The notes beneath the pieces are model-generated. The model saw only the letters and a program-made list of their open reading frames with translations, was not told where the DNA came from and made no database searches. Both the position numbers and the translations under genes were made by a program. From contig OZ219791.1 of assembly GCA_964291215.2 (NCBI GenBank), positions 2,880,001-2,944,000 on the forward strand: DNA of 64,000 bases, in the 5' to 3' direction. Numbering within the stretch: the first letter of the stretch is position 1; the number at the start of each line of letters is the position of its first letter. The DNA is from Alphaproteobacteria bacterium (lineage in GTDB: Bacteria; Pseudomonadota; Alphaproteobacteria; MPNO01; UBA830). Below are positions 10,757 through 20,939 of the stretch, piece by piece.

Positions 10757-11737
10757 ATGCGATTCACGAAACAGGCACTTGCTGCGGCGGTCGTGGCGGT
10801 CGCGGCCGGGAGTATCTCGACCGGAGCGGCGGAAGCCGCGAAGAAGGTCAACTATCTCTTGCCGGCACCGGGTTTTCTGCCGGCCTTTGCACCCTGGCAG
10901 CTCGCAAAGCACAAGGGCTACTACGCCGCCGAGGGACTTGAGGTCACCTTCCAGACTTCGAAGGGCGGCGTTGACGTGGCCAAGCAGGTCGGTGTCGGCA
11001 ACGCGCCGATCGGTGGCGGGATCGGCGACACGCCGCTGCTCGTCCGCCCGAACGGCATCGATGTGCGGTCCGTCGCCCTGCTCGGCGGCGGCTCACTGGT
11101 CCAGCTCGTCGCCCGCGCCGACCGGGGGATTGAGAAGGTCGAGGACCTCAAGGGCAAGAAGATCACCGTGCTGTCCTACCAGGACACCACCTTCTACGCA
11201 TCGCAGGGTATACTGGCATCGCGCGGCTTGAACCGGAACGATGTCGACATCCAGGCCGCCGGTCCGCAGGGCGTGTGGAAGCTCTTCGTCGAGGGCAAGG
11301 TCGATGCCATGATGGGGGTCCCCGACTGGATCGGAATCGCCTTCGGCGCCAAGGTCAAGATGAAGATCTTCAACGCCAGGGACTACTTCCCGTCGATGGC
11401 GCAGGCGATCCTGGCGTCCGACGAGATGATCAGGAAGGATCCACAGCTCATTCGAAGCCTCGTCGGTGCGACGCTCAAGGGCCTCCGCGACCTGATGAAG
11501 GATCCGGCTGCGGCTGCAAAGGACTATGTCAAGGCGGTTCCGCGCTGGGCCAAGAGCGAAGCGGCGATGGCCGGCACCTTCAGACTCTACAACACCTACA
11601 CCTGGCCGGGGCAGAAGGTGCTCGGGGCGATGGACGAGAAGCAGCTCTCGCAGCTCCAGGATTTCTATCTCAAGGCCGGGTTCATCAAGAAGGCGACGCC
11701 GGTTGCGGATCTGTACACCAACCAGTTCGTCCAGTAG
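10757..11737 (+). CDS. ABC substrate-binding protein (NMT1/THI5/SsuA-like)
   Basis: RBS gggagg; signal peptide; AKHKGYYAAEGLEV, DLKGKKI, DLYTNQFV. Confidence 0.9.
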   Translation: MRFTKQALAAAVVAVAAGSISTGAAEAAKKVNYLLPAPGFLPAFAPWQLAKHKGYYAAEGLEVTFQTSKGGVDVAKQVGVGNAPIGGGIGDTPLLVRPNGIDVRSVALLGGGSLVQLVARADRGIEKVEDLKGKKITVLSYQDTTFYASQGILASRGLNRNDVDIQAAGPQGVWKLFVEGKVDAMMGVPDWIGIAFGAKVKMKIFNARDYFPSMAQAILASDEMIRKDPQLIRSLVGATLKGLRDLMKDPAAAAKDYVKAVPRWAKSEAAMAGTFRLYNTYTWPGQKVLGAMDEKQLSQLQDFYLKAGFIKKATPVADLYTNQFVQ

Positions 11738-11739
11738 CG

Positions 11740-11785
11740 GCAGGCCGACGGTGCGGCGCCTGGGACGCCGCGCTGTCGCGCCTGC
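11740..11785 (+). other. Long stem-loop between SBP and permease genes
   Basis: gcaggc-cgacggtgcggcg, 7-nt loop, cgccgcgctgtcg-c-gcctgc pairs with two G-U wobbles and one bulge. Confidence 0.55.
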
Positions 11786-11800
11786 GGTGGAGGCCGTCCG

Positions 11801-12583
11801 ATGATGGCGGCCTTCACCCCCGTGCGCATCGCGGCCAGTCTCGCCCTGCTGGCGGTGTTCCTGGTTGCTTGGGAGTTCGGCCCGGCGGCGCTCGGGATCA
11901 AGTCCTACATCATCCCGCCGCTGTCTTCGGTGCTCGCCGGGCTCGTCGAGATGCAGGCCACCGACAGGCTCCTGTATCACGCGCAGATCACGACGTTCGA
12001 AGTCGTCGTCGGCTTTCTTCTGGGTGCGCTCTTCGGGATGGCGGTTGGCTATGTTCTCGGCATCTCGCTCACCGCAGAAGTCGTGCTCTCGCCCTACATC
12101 CTCGGTCTCCAGATCGCGCCCAAGGTCGCGTTTGCGCCGCTGTTCGTCCTCTGGCTCGGTTTTGGCCTCGAGCCCCGGATCGTGGTGGCGTTGCTGATCG
12201 TGTTCTTTCCCATCATGGTCAATGTCATGACCGCGGTGCGCGGCGTCGATCCGGATATGATCAACCTTGCGCGCTCGTTCCGGGCCAGCCGCATGCAGAT
12301 TTTCTGGAAAATCGAGTTCCCGGCCTCGATGCCGGCCCTGTTTGCGGGATTGCGGATTGGCGCTACACTTGCCGTGATCGGCGTTACCGTCGGCGAGTTC
12401 GCTGGCGGCAACACCGGTGTCGGCTACCTGATCGTGCTGACGGCCGGCGCCGCCGAGACGGCGAAGGTCTTTGGCGCTATCATTGTGCTGACCCTTATCG
12501 GCATTGTCGCCTACTGGCTGGTGATCGTCGTCGAGCGGAGGGTACTCCACTACATGCCGAGCCGATCCCTCGACAGCCTGTGA
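11801..12583 (+). CDS. ABC transporter permease (TauC/SsuC-like)
   Basis: IIPPLSSV, PKVAFAPL..LWLGFG, EAA-like loop DMINLARSF.ASRMQIF.KI.FPA. Confidence 0.92.
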   Translation: MMAAFTPVRIAASLALLAVFLVAWEFGPAALGIKSYIIPPLSSVLAGLVEMQATDRLLYHAQITTFEVVVGFLLGALFGMAVGYVLGISLTAEVVLSPYILGLQIAPKVAFAPLFVLWLGFGLEPRIVVALLIVFFPIMVNVMTAVRGVDPDMINLARSFRASRMQIFWKIEFPASMPALFAGLRIGATLAVIGVTVGEFAGGNTGVGYLIVLTAGAAETAKVFGAIIVLTLIGIVAYWLVIVVERRVLHYMPSRSLDSL

Positions 12584-12597
12584 ACGGAGACAGGATC

Positions 12598-13653
12598 ATG
12601 GTGGAATCCGTTGCGAGTTCGGAGGGCGTCCGCGAACGAGTGGCGCTCGGCCCTCTCAATCGCTGGTGGCCGGTCGCCGCGGCGTGGATGGTCAAGGACA
12701 CACCGGTCGGGCTCACGCGGCTTGGCGAGCGGATCGTCCTGTGGCGGGACCGTGACGGGGCCGTCCACTGCCTCGAGGACCGCTGTCCGCACCGCGGCGC
12801 GCGGTTGTCCATGGGTTGGAATCTCGGCGACCGTATCGCCTGCTGGTACCACGGTGTCCAGACCGATGGCAGCGGGGTCGTGCGCGATGTACCCGCGGTT
12901 GCAGACTGCCCGATGACCGGGCACAAGATGGTAAAGCCCTACCCCTGTCTCGAGCACATGGGAGGCATTTTCGTCTGGTTCGGCGATGCGCTGCACGAGG
13001 AGCCGGAGGAGTTCCGGATGCCGGAGGAGTTCACCTCGCCGGACTGGTCGGCGATCCTGTGCACCGCGCACTGGAAATGCAACTGGGTCTATGCCGTCGA
13101 CAACGTGATGGATCCCATGCACGGCGCCTATCTGCACGCTGTTTCCCATTCCATGGCCGAGGGCGACCGCGAGGCCCGGATGAAGGTGCAGGACACGGAG
13201 ACCGGCTTCGTATTCGGCAAGGTCGGCCAGCGCGACGTCAATTTCGACTGGATTGAATGGGGCGACACCGGCGCCTTCTGGCTCCGGGTCTCGCCGTTGC
13301 CCTACCGCCGCGAGGCGGGGCCGGGGGGGCATTTCGGAATCATGGGATTCGTGACCCCGATCGACCGCGACAACTGCCGGGTCTTCTTCTGGCGCACCCG
13401 TCGGGTGACCGGCTGGCAGCGCGACCTCTGGCATTTCATGTATCGCAACAAGCTGGAGGCGCTGCACTGGACGGTGCTAGAGCAGGACCGCGTCGTCCTT
13501 GAGGCCATGTCGCCCGACGCCCGCGATCACGAGTTCCTCTACCAGCATGATACCGGCCTTGCCCGGGTACGCCGCTATCTCGAACGCGAGGCCGAGGCGC
13601 AGCTCTCGGCGCTTGCTGCGGAGAGCGCTCCGGCTGCCGAGGCCGCGGAATAG
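12598..13653 (+). CDS. Rieske non-heme iron oxygenase (VanA/alpha3-type)
   Basis: CPHRG..CWYHG Rieske motif; DNVMDPMHGAYLH mononuclear iron site; VLEQD. Confidence 0.93.
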   Translation: MVESVASSEGVRERVALGPLNRWWPVAAAWMVKDTPVGLTRLGERIVLWRDRDGAVHCLEDRCPHRGARLSMGWNLGDRIACWYHGVQTDGSGVVRDVPAVADCPMTGHKMVKPYPCLEHMGGIFVWFGDALHEEPEEFRMPEEFTSPDWSAILCTAHWKCNWVYAVDNVMDPMHGAYLHAVSHSMAEGDREARMKVQDTETGFVFGKVGQRDVNFDWIEWGDTGAFWLRVSPLPYRREAGPGGHFGIMGFVTPIDRDNCRVFFWRTRRVTGWQRDLWHFMYRNKLEALHWTVLEQDRVVLEAMSPDARDHEFLYQHDTGLARVRRYLEREAEAQLSALAAESAPAAEAAE

Positions 13654-13666
13654 CGCACCGGGTGCG

Positions 13667-14428
13667 ATGGCCGCGATTTCGCTGCGGGACCGGCGCCTTG
13701 TGATCACCGGCGCCGCCCGGGGTCTCGGCCGGGCGTTTGCCGAAGCGGCGGCAAAGGCCGGGGCGCGCGTCGTGGTCGCCGACATTCTCGAGGAGGCTGG
13801 GCAAGCGACCGCGAGGGCCCTTGCCGGGGCCGGATACGCAGCGGAATTTGTGGCCGTCGACACCGCCGATCCGGATTCGGTCGAAGCGCTTGCGGCGCAG
13901 GCGAGCGGCTTTCTCGGCGGCATCGACGGGCTGGTGAACTGTGCCGCGGTCGCGACCGGCATTGGCGGCCGGACCTGCGAGGAGATCGATGTCGAGACCT
14001 GGGACAGGGTCATGGCGGTGAATGCCCGCGGCACGTGGCTGGCGGTAAGGGCGATGGCGCCGGCGCTTCGCGAGTCCCGGAACGGCAAGATCGTCAACAT
14101 CGCCTCCGACACCGCGATGTGGGGGGCGCCGCTGCTTCTTCACTACGTGGCATCGAAGGGCGCGGTGATTGCCATGACGCGGTCGCTTGCGCGCGAACTG
14201 GGATCTGACGGCATCGCGGTAAACGCCGTCGCTCCCGGCCTGACGCTGGTCGAGGCCACGGAATACGTGCCCGAGGAACGGCACCGGGCCTATGTCGAGG
14301 GCCGCGCGATGAACCGTCCACAGCATCCCGGAGATGTCGTCGGGGCGGTGCTGTTCCTGCTGTCGGATGCCGCGGATTTCGTGACCGGGCAGGTGCTGCC
14401 GGTCAATGGCGGCTTCGTTCTCAACTGA
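13667..14428 (+). CDS. SDR oxidoreductase
   Basis: TGAARGLG, YVASK, VTGQVLPVNGG. Confidence 0.92.
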   Translation: MAAISLRDRRLVITGAARGLGRAFAEAAAKAGARVVVADILEEAGQATARALAGAGYAAEFVAVDTADPDSVEALAAQASGFLGGIDGLVNCAAVATGIGGRTCEEIDVETWDRVMAVNARGTWLAVRAMAPALRESRNGKIVNIASDTAMWGAPLLLHYVASKGAVIAMTRSLARELGSDGIAVNAVAPGLTLVEATEYVPEERHRAYVEGRAMNRPQHPGDVVGAVLFLLSDAADFVTGQVLPVNGGFVLN

Positions 14429-14444
14429 ACGCAATGGAGGACAG

Positions 14445-14981
14445 ATGATGACCACGAAGGCGGCGGCGCGGAAAGAGGAACCACCGATCGATAGCCAGGG
14501 TTTCGGCGAGTGGATGGAATCGCGGGTGGCGCGGTTCGCGACCCGGCGCTATGACTGGGACGTGCTCAAGTTCCAGGCCGATTTCGATCCGAAATACCGG
14601 CGCGCCCAGATGCGCTATGTCGGCACCGGCGGCACCGGCAAGCAGTCGGATTCCAATACCGTGCCCTCGGAGCATTTCACGTTTTCCACGATGGTGCTGC
14701 CACCGGGCTGCGAGGGGCCGCCCCACATCCACACCGATGTCGAGGAGGTTTTCTTCATGCTGCGCGGCAGCATTCGCCTCACCATCCGCGATGGCGACAG
14801 CGAGTGGGAGACCGTGCTCGGTGAACGTGACCTGATCTCGGTGCCGCCCGGCGTCTATCGCGGGCTCGTCAATGAGGGCCAGGAGGAAGCGCTGATGTGC
14901 GTCATGCTCGGCAGCGCCAAGCCCGTGACCCCGTCCTATCCGCCGGACCATCCGCTCGCAAGCATCAAGCGTCAGGCATGA
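14445..14981 (+). CDS. Cupin-domain protein
   Basis: GPPHIHTDVEEVFF, DLISVPPGVYRG; RBS ggagg. Confidence 0.88.
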   Translation: MMTTKAAARKEEPPIDSQGFGEWMESRVARFATRRYDWDVLKFQADFDPKYRRAQMRYVGTGGTGKQSDSNTVPSEHFTFSTMVLPPGCEGPPHIHTDVEEVFFMLRGSIRLTIRDGDSEWETVLGERDLISVPPGVYRGLVNEGQEEALMCVMLGSAKPVTPSYPPDHPLASIKRQA

Positions 14982-15790
14982 CCGAGGCCGATGGGCTCCG
15001 GGTGATCGAGACACCTGCGGGCAGTTTCACCTTTCTTGAAGCCGGCGAGGGGCCGGCGCTCGTGTTGCTCCACGGCATCGGCTCCGGTTCCGGCTCGTGG
15101 GCCGGCCAGATTCCGGCCTTTGCGGACCGCTTCCGTGTTGTCGCTTGGGATGCGCCGGGCTATGGCGGTTCGACCGCTCTTGCCGAGCGTGCCCCCGCGG
15201 CGGCCGATTTCGCGCAGGCGCTTGCCGTCTTCCTCGACACACTCGGCATCGGCCGCTGCCATCTCGTCGGCCATTCGCTAGGCGCGTTGATGGCATGCGC
15301 CTTCGCCCGCCGGCACCCCGAACGGCTCGCGAGCCTGATCGCGGCCTCGCCCGCGGCCGGCTACGGGCGCGCGGGCGCCCGCGTGCAGGAGGAGCGGCGC
15401 TCGGCGCGACTCGATCTTCTCGACGAGCTCGGGCCGGAAGGGCTGGCGCGCGAACGCCACGGGGCGCTTCTTTCGGACAGCGCATCGGCGCGAGCGCGCG
15501 AGCGCGTGCGTGTGCAGATGGCGCGGGTCCGGACCGACGGCTACCGTCAGGCGGTTGAAACCCTGGTCGACGGCGACATCTTCGTCGACACGCGCGAGAT
15601 CGCGCTGCCGACAACCGTCGTCGTCGGCAGCGCCGACCGCATCACGCCGCCTGATGGCTGCCGGGAGGTTTCCGAGAGCTTTCCCGCGGCGCGGTTCGAA
15701 GTCCTGTCCGGGCTCGGCCACGCCTGCTATGTCGAGGATCCTGACGCCTTCAACGCGGTGATGGAAGATCACCTGGCGCGGGCCGCGTGA
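14978..15790 (+). CDS. Alpha/beta hydrolase (enol-lactone hydrolase-like)
   Basis: LLHGIG, DAPGYG, GHSLG nucleophile elbow, D..TPP, GHACYVE. Confidence 0.92.
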   Translation: MTEADGLRVIETPAGSFTFLEAGEGPALVLLHGIGSGSGSWAGQIPAFADRFRVVAWDAPGYGGSTALAERAPAAADFAQALAVFLDTLGIGRCHLVGHSLGALMACAFARRHPERLASLIAASPAAGYGRAGARVQEERRSARLDLLDELGPEGLARERHGALLSDSASARARERVRVQMARVRTDGYRQAVETLVDGDIFVDTREIALPTTVVVGSADRITPPDGCREVSESFPAARFEVLSGLGHACYVEDPDAFNAVMEDHLARAA

Positions 15791-15900
15791 CGGCTGGCGA
15801 ATCGCGGCGCAGGGGCGCCGGGAGTTACGGGCGGGTGTCGGCGTGCGTCGATGGATGACCCGGCTCGGGCGGCGGCCTGCAGGGAGAGGAGGAGTGGCGG

Positions 15901-16698
15901 ATGGACACCGGACTGAAGGACCGCGTCGCGGTGGTGACCGGGGGCTCGTCGGGGATCGGCTTCGCCGCGGCCGCGGCCTTCCTGCGCGAGGGGGCGCGCG
16001 TTGCCATATGCGGGCGCGACGGTGGCAGGCTCGAGAAGGCGGCAGCTCGCCTCGCCGCGGCGGCCGGAAGCCAAAGCGTGGAAGCGGTGGTCTGCGATGT
16101 CCTCGACGAGGCCGCGGTGGCAGCGTTCCGCGACCGGGTCGAGACCCGTTTCGGGCGCTGCGACGCGCTCGTGTGTAATGCGGGCCAGGCGCGGAGGAGT
16201 GATTTCGAAAGTACATCGGACGAGGACTGGCGGGAGGAATTCGAGCTCAAGTTCTTTTCGGTGCTGCGTCCGGTGCGGGCGTTCCTGCCCCTGCTGGAGG
16301 CCTCCGGCCAGGGTGCGGTCGTCTGCACCGGCGCGCTGATCGCGCGTCGCCCTGAGCCCTTCCTGATCGCGACCAGCGCCAATCGCGCCGGCCAGCTCAA
16401 TCTCTGCAAGTCGCTGGCCTCCGAGTTTGCCCCGAACGGCGTCCGGGTGAACTCCGTCCTGATCGGCCTCGTCGATTCGGGCCAATGGAGCCGCCGTTAC
16501 GAGAACGGCGAGGCGCCTGCCGGGATGTCGAAGGAGGACTGGTTCGCCGGGCTCGCCGCGGACCGGGCGATCCCGCTCGGACGGCTCGGCACGCCCGAGG
16601 AGGCTGCGAACGCGATCCTCTTTCTTGCCTCGCCGATATCGTCCTACGTCACCGGAGATGTCATCGACGTGACCGGAGGGCAATCGCGCCATGTCTGA
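15901..16698 (+). CDS. SDR oxidoreductase (atypical, lacks YxxxK)
   Basis: TGGSSGIG, NAG, IATSANRAG in place of YxxxK, IPLGRLG.PEE. Confidence 0.9.
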   Translation: MDTGLKDRVAVVTGGSSGIGFAAAAAFLREGARVAICGRDGGRLEKAAARLAAAAGSQSVEAVVCDVLDEAAVAAFRDRVETRFGRCDALVCNAGQARRSDFESTSDEDWREEFELKFFSVLRPVRAFLPLLEASGQGAVVCTGALIARRPEPFLIATSANRAGQLNLCKSLASEFAPNGVRVNSVLIGLVDSGQWSRRYENGEAPAGMSKEDWFAGLAADRAIPLGRLGTPEEAANAILFLASPISSYVTGDVIDVTGGQSRHV

Positions 16699-18358
16699 AA
16701 CCATGACCGTTGGCGATGCCGTTGCCGCCTTTCTCGAACGCTGCGGCGTCGAACGCGCCTTCGGCGTCATCAGCATCCACAACATGCCGATTCTGGATGC
16801 CCTCTTGCGGCGCGAGCAGATCTGCTTCGTGCCCGCCCGTTCGGAGGGTGGAGCGGTCAACATGGCGGACGGGTACGCACGCGTTTCGGGGAGCCTCGGC
16901 GTTGCCTTCAGCAGCACCGGCACCGCCGCGGGCAATGCCTGCGGTGCGCTCGTGGAGGCGGCGACGGCGGGCACGCCACTTCTTCATGTCACAGGCCAGA
17001 TCGACACCCCGCACCTCGATCGCGGCCGCGGCTACCTGCACGAGGCCCGCGACCAGCTGGGGATGCTCGGCGCCGTGGGCAAGGGTGCATATCGCGTTGC
17101 CGCGCCGGAGACCGTCTCCGCGACGCTCCGCGAGGCGGCGCTTGCTGCCATGACGCCGCCGACAGGCCCGGTGAGCGTCGAGATCCCGGTCGATGTCCAG
17201 GCCGCGGCAATCGGCGCGGACCTTGCGCTGGATCCGCTTCGGGTCGAATCCCGCCGGGCGCACGAAGACGAGATCGACCAGCTGGCGCAACGGCTCCACG
17301 GTCGCAGTCGCGTCATGCTCTGGCTCGGCGGCGGGGCAAGAGGGCTCGAGGCGGAGGTCGAGCGACTGGCTGGCCTCGGCCTTGGAATCGTTACCAGCGT
17401 CCAGGGTCGGGGCGTGGATGGGCGCTGCGCCGGCCAGTCGCTCGGCGCGTTCAACCTCCAGCCGCCGGTGGAGGCGTTCTACGCGACCTGCGACGCGATG
17501 ATTGTCGTCGGTTCGCGCCTGCGGTCGAACGAGACCTTGAACTATTCCCTGAATTTGCCGCGTCCGCTCTTCCAGGTGGATGTCGACCCGGCTGCCGAGA
17601 ACCGTTCCTACCGCGTGGATCATTTCGTGTGCGGCGACGCCTGCGGCGTTCTGGATGGCTTGGCGAGAAGGCTTGAACAGTCCGGCTTCCGGCCGGACCC
17701 CGGGTTCGGGCACGATCTCCGCCAAGCGCGTGACGCCGCCGAAAGCGGGTTGCGGGCCATGCTCGGGCCATACGAGGTCATGCTCGATGCCGTATGTGCG
17801 GCCGGAAACGCCTGGTGGGTCCGCGACATCACGCTTTCGAATACGATGTGGGGCAACCGCCTGCCCGCGCTCGACGGCTCGCGGAAGGGCGTCCATGCGG
17901 CCGGTGGCGGCATCGGTCAGGGTCTGCCGATGGCCGTCGGTGCTTTGCTCGCGGCTCGCGACCTGCCGGGGCCGGAGAAGGTGCTGCTTCTGGTCGGGGA
18001 CGGCGGCTTTGCCGTCACCATCGGCGAGTTGGCGACGGCGGCGCAGGAGAACGCTGACATTGTTATTCTCCTGATGAACGACGGCGGCTACGGCGTGATC
18101 AGGAACATCCAGGACGCCCGCTATGGCGGCCGCAGGGCCTATGCAGACATTCTCGCGCCGGATTTCGGGGCGTTGTGCGGGGCCTACGGCATTTCCCACC
18201 GTACCGTCCGGGACCTATCCGGCTTTGACGAGACCCTGCGCGAAGCGATGGCGGCCAGCGGTCCGGAGGTCATCGAGATCGACATGGCGGCGGTCGGCGA
18301 CTTCGCGCGGCCCTTCGCCGGTCCGCCGGCGCGGCATGACGGGGGAAGCGGCCGATGA
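16691..18358 (+). CDS. Thiamine diphosphate-binding enzyme
   Basis: FGVISIHN, ARSEGGAVNMADGYAR, GDGGF..NDGGYG ThDP motif. Confidence 0.92.
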   Translation: MSETMTVGDAVAAFLERCGVERAFGVISIHNMPILDALLRREQICFVPARSEGGAVNMADGYARVSGSLGVAFSSTGTAAGNACGALVEAATAGTPLLHVTGQIDTPHLDRGRGYLHEARDQLGMLGAVGKGAYRVAAPETVSATLREAALAAMTPPTGPVSVEIPVDVQAAAIGADLALDPLRVESRRAHEDEIDQLAQRLHGRSRVMLWLGGGARGLEAEVERLAGLGLGIVTSVQGRGVDGRCAGQSLGAFNLQPPVEAFYATCDAMIVVGSRLRSNETLNYSLNLPRPLFQVDVDPAAENRSYRVDHFVCGDACGVLDGLARRLEQSGFRPDPGFGHDLRQARDAAESGLRAMLGPYEVMLDAVCAAGNAWWVRDITLSNTMWGNRLPALDGSRKGVHAAGGGIGQGLPMAVGALLAARDLPGPEKVLLLVGDGGFAVTIGELATAAQENADIVILLMNDGGYGVIRNIQDARYGGRRAYADILAPDFGALCGAYGISHRTVRDLSGFDETLREAMAASGPEVIEIDMAAVGDFARPFAGPPARHDGGSGR

Positions 18359-19158
18359 ACACGCTCGTGATAGGATATGGCGGCATTGCGCGCGAGGTGC
18401 TGGAGCTTGTTGGTTCTGACGAGGAGGCTCGGATTGCCGGCATCCTGGTGCGCGAACACCGGCTTGAGGAGGTGCGCGCTGCGGTCGCCGTGCGCAGCGT
18501 CGAGGTCGGATGTGCGCTCGACGACTTTACCTTCTCTCCCGACCTCTGCGCCGAGTGCGCCGGTCACGGCGCCGTGCGCGAGTGGGGTGTCGAGGTCCTC
18601 CGCCGCGGGATTGATTTCCTCGTGGTCTCGATCGGCGTTCTTGCCGACGAGGAGTTGCATGACGCGCTTGCGGCCGCAGCGCACGCCGGCGGCGCGAAGA
18701 TGATTCTGGTGGCCGGTGCCGTTGCAGGGACCGATGCGCTGGCGGCGGCGCGCGCCGGCGGTCTCGAAAGCGTCGTCTATACTTCCCGCAAGCCGCCGGG
18801 AGCCTGGAAGGGAACGCCGGCCGAGGCGATATGCGATCTCGATAGCCTGACCGGTGAGGTCACCCTCTATGCAGGGCCGGCGGACGAAGCGGCCCGGCGC
18901 TATCCCCAGAACGCCAATGTTGCGGCGACGGTGGCCCTTGCGGGCGCTGGCCTCAAGGCGACGGAGGTGCGCCTCGTCGCCGACGCCGAAGCGGAGCGCA
19001 ACACGCACCGGGTGTCCGCCAAGGGCGCGTTCGGCGCGCTCGAGATAGAAGTTGCGGGACGACCGCTCCCCGACAATCCGAAGACATCCGCGCTTGCCGC
19101 CCATTCTGTGGCGGCGGCGATACGCCGGTACGCGTCACCGGTGCAGATCGGCGGTTGA
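18355..19158 (+). CDS. nadX: L-aspartate dehydrogenase-like protein
   Basis: GYGGIA, ECAGH, SRKPP, YPQNANVAAT, NTHRV, NPKTSALAA. Confidence 0.88.
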   Translation: MNTLVIGYGGIAREVLELVGSDEEARIAGILVREHRLEEVRAAVAVRSVEVGCALDDFTFSPDLCAECAGHGAVREWGVEVLRRGIDFLVVSIGVLADEELHDALAAAAHAGGAKMILVAGAVAGTDALAAARAGGLESVVYTSRKPPGAWKGTPAEAICDLDSLTGEVTLYAGPADEAARRYPQNANVAATVALAGAGLKATEVRLVADAEAERNTHRVSAKGAFGALEIEVAGRPLPDNPKTSALAAHSVAAAIRRYASPVQIGG

Positions 19159-19195
19159 AGAGGGGGCGGCCGACCGCGGGCAGCGACGCGGGTGC

Positions 19196-20518
19196 CTACG
19201 GTTCGGCCATGAAGGCGCGCCAGGCCGTGTACTGGGCGCGGAGCGAAAGTTCGCTGGTACCGATGTCGCCGACGGATTCTTCCGTGTTGCGGCTATGGTC
19301 GGTGCCGAGACCGCGGGACAGGTCTATCCATTCCGTGTCGGAGTCGCGGAGCGCCTTCTGGATTCCGTTGAATACCGCGATGTCGTCGGACGTGATCTGC
19401 GAGGCCGGAGAGTTGAGCGCGTTCAGAAACGAGACAGCGCGCGCGTGCATCTCTTCCGGCGCGCCGACCAGCCTGAAGCAGGCGGAGTGCACGATCGTTC
19501 GGTCCGCGGCGACGGGCTGCATGAGCCGCATCTGCTGATGCTTGGGGTTGAGGATGAGGTTGGGATAGATCAGGTGGTTGAACGTGTCCCAACCCGTGAT
19601 TTCCCTGGCCCGTTTCTCCCCGTAGGCCCTGACCATGCCGGCCTCGTAGGCGGCGTTCACCGGATCTCGCCGGATTCCGGGAGCATCGGTCTTCTGGGTG
19701 ATCGCGCCCTCGGTGTAGAATCCTCCCATGTAGGAATGGCCGCCCGTGAAACCGTGGATTTCGACCTTTTCCATCAGGCTGAGCGGGAGACCGTTGCCCT
19801 TGAACATCTGCAATGCGTGATGTTCCTCCTGACCGTCGAGCTGGCCGATGACCTCGCGGGCGCTCTCGATCGATGACACATGGGTGATCGAGGCGTGCAT
19901 GAGGTCATTGGCGTTCTCCATGTGCAGCTTCCAGTTGCCGGCATATTCCTGACGGAAACCGCTGGTTGCGATCTCGATCGTACCGGCCGGCGCACGATCG
20001 ACCATGTTGTCGATCGCGCGGCTCATCTTGCCGAGATGCTCTGCGAGCGACGGCCCCCCGGCACTGCGGCTGGCGAACACGAACCCGCGATAACTTTCCA
20101 CCCGCGCCGCCGGCGTCAGGTCGAGGTCGGGAACCCCCGGCCCGAGCCGCCCGCCATAGCCGCGCGCGCGTGGTATGGCGGCAAGCTGCCCGTCAGTGCC
20201 GAACGTCCAACCGTGATAGGGACAGATGAACTGCCGGTTCGACCCCCGCCGGGCCGCGCAGACTTGCATGCCGCGGTGGGTGCAGCGGTTGGCGAACACG
20301 TGGACCCGGCCGTCGGTGTGGCGCGCCGCGATTACCGGACGGTCGCCCATGGGGGCGGTGACGAAGTCTCCGGGGCGGGGAATCTGGCTTTCGTGGACGA
20401 CGAACAACCAGGTTCGGCCGTAAATGCGGTCCATTTCGGCGCGGAAGACATCCGCATCGGTATAGACGCGCTTGCTGACACGACCTTCCGGGGCGAGATC
20501 TGCAAAATTGCCATCCAT
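19196..20518 (-). CDS. Aromatic ring-hydroxylating oxygenase alpha subunit (orphan)
   Basis: NRCTHRG..CPYHGWTF, GNWK...EN.ND.MHASITH, DDIAVF..IQ; ATG 20518 chosen as start. Confidence 0.92.
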   Translation of the reverse strand: MDGNFADLAPEGRVSKRVYTDADVFRAEMDRIYGRTWLFVVHESQIPRPGDFVTAPMGDRPVIAARHTDGRVHVFANRCTHRGMQVCAARRGSNRQFICPYHGWTFGTDGQLAAIPRARGYGGRLGPGVPDLDLTPAARVESYRGFVFASRSAGGPSLAEHLGKMSRAIDNMVDRAPAGTIEIATSGFRQEYAGNWKLHMENANDLMHASITHVSSIESAREVIGQLDGQEEHHALQMFKGNGLPLSLMEKVEIHGFTGGHSYMGGFYTEGAITQKTDAPGIRRDPVNAAYEAGMVRAYGEKRAREITGWDTFNHLIYPNLILNPKHQQMRLMQPVAADRTIVHSACFRLVGAPEEMHARAVSFLNALNSPASQITSDDIAVFNGIQKALRDSDTEWIDLSRGLGTDHSRNTEESVGDIGTSELSLRAQYTAWRAFMAEP

Positions 20519-20597
20519 GGCCCAAGAATACCGCAATTGGCGCCCCGCAGCCACATCGATTGCTTGCGCCGGGGCGGGTCGGAGGTAGGATGCGACG

Positions 20598-20939
20598 ATG
20601 ACCGACAAGCCGAGATACCGCACATTTCGGGAATTCTGGCCCTATTACCTGTCGGAACACGCGAATCCGGCCACGAGAGCGGTCCATCTGTTGGGGACGG
20701 GCGCCGCTGCGGTGTGCCTGATCGCGCTTGCCGTCACGGGCGACTTGCGCCTTCTGCCGGTGGCGCTGGTTGTGGGCTATGGCCCCGCCTGGCTGTCGCA
20801 CCTGCTGATCGAGAAGAACCGGCCGGCGACGTTCCGCTATCCGGTCATGTCGCTGTTCGGCGATCTCAGGATGTTCGTGCTTGCTTGCAGTGGACGCCTG
20901 TCAGGCGAAGTGGAACGCCTGCGGCGCGGGGAGCGCTGA
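20598..20939 (+). CDS. DUF962/Mpo1-like membrane protein
   Basis: FWPYYLSEH.NP.TR.VH..GT, W.SH..IEKNRPATFRYP..S..GD; RBS ggagg. Confidence 0.88.
   Translation: MTDKPRYRTFREFWPYYLSEHANPATRAVHLLGTGAAAVCLIALAVTGDLRLLPVALVVGYGPAWLSHLLIEKNRPATFRYPVMSLFGDLRMFVLACSGRLSGEVERLRRGER

Noticed and set aside
11275-13653. 792-aa Rieske fusion ORF
   Set aside because: The upstream part is an off-frame shadow of the ABC genes; the real start is 12598 with an RBS
18355-19158. De novo NAD biosynthesis locus
   Set aside because: No nadA or nadC; context is catabolic
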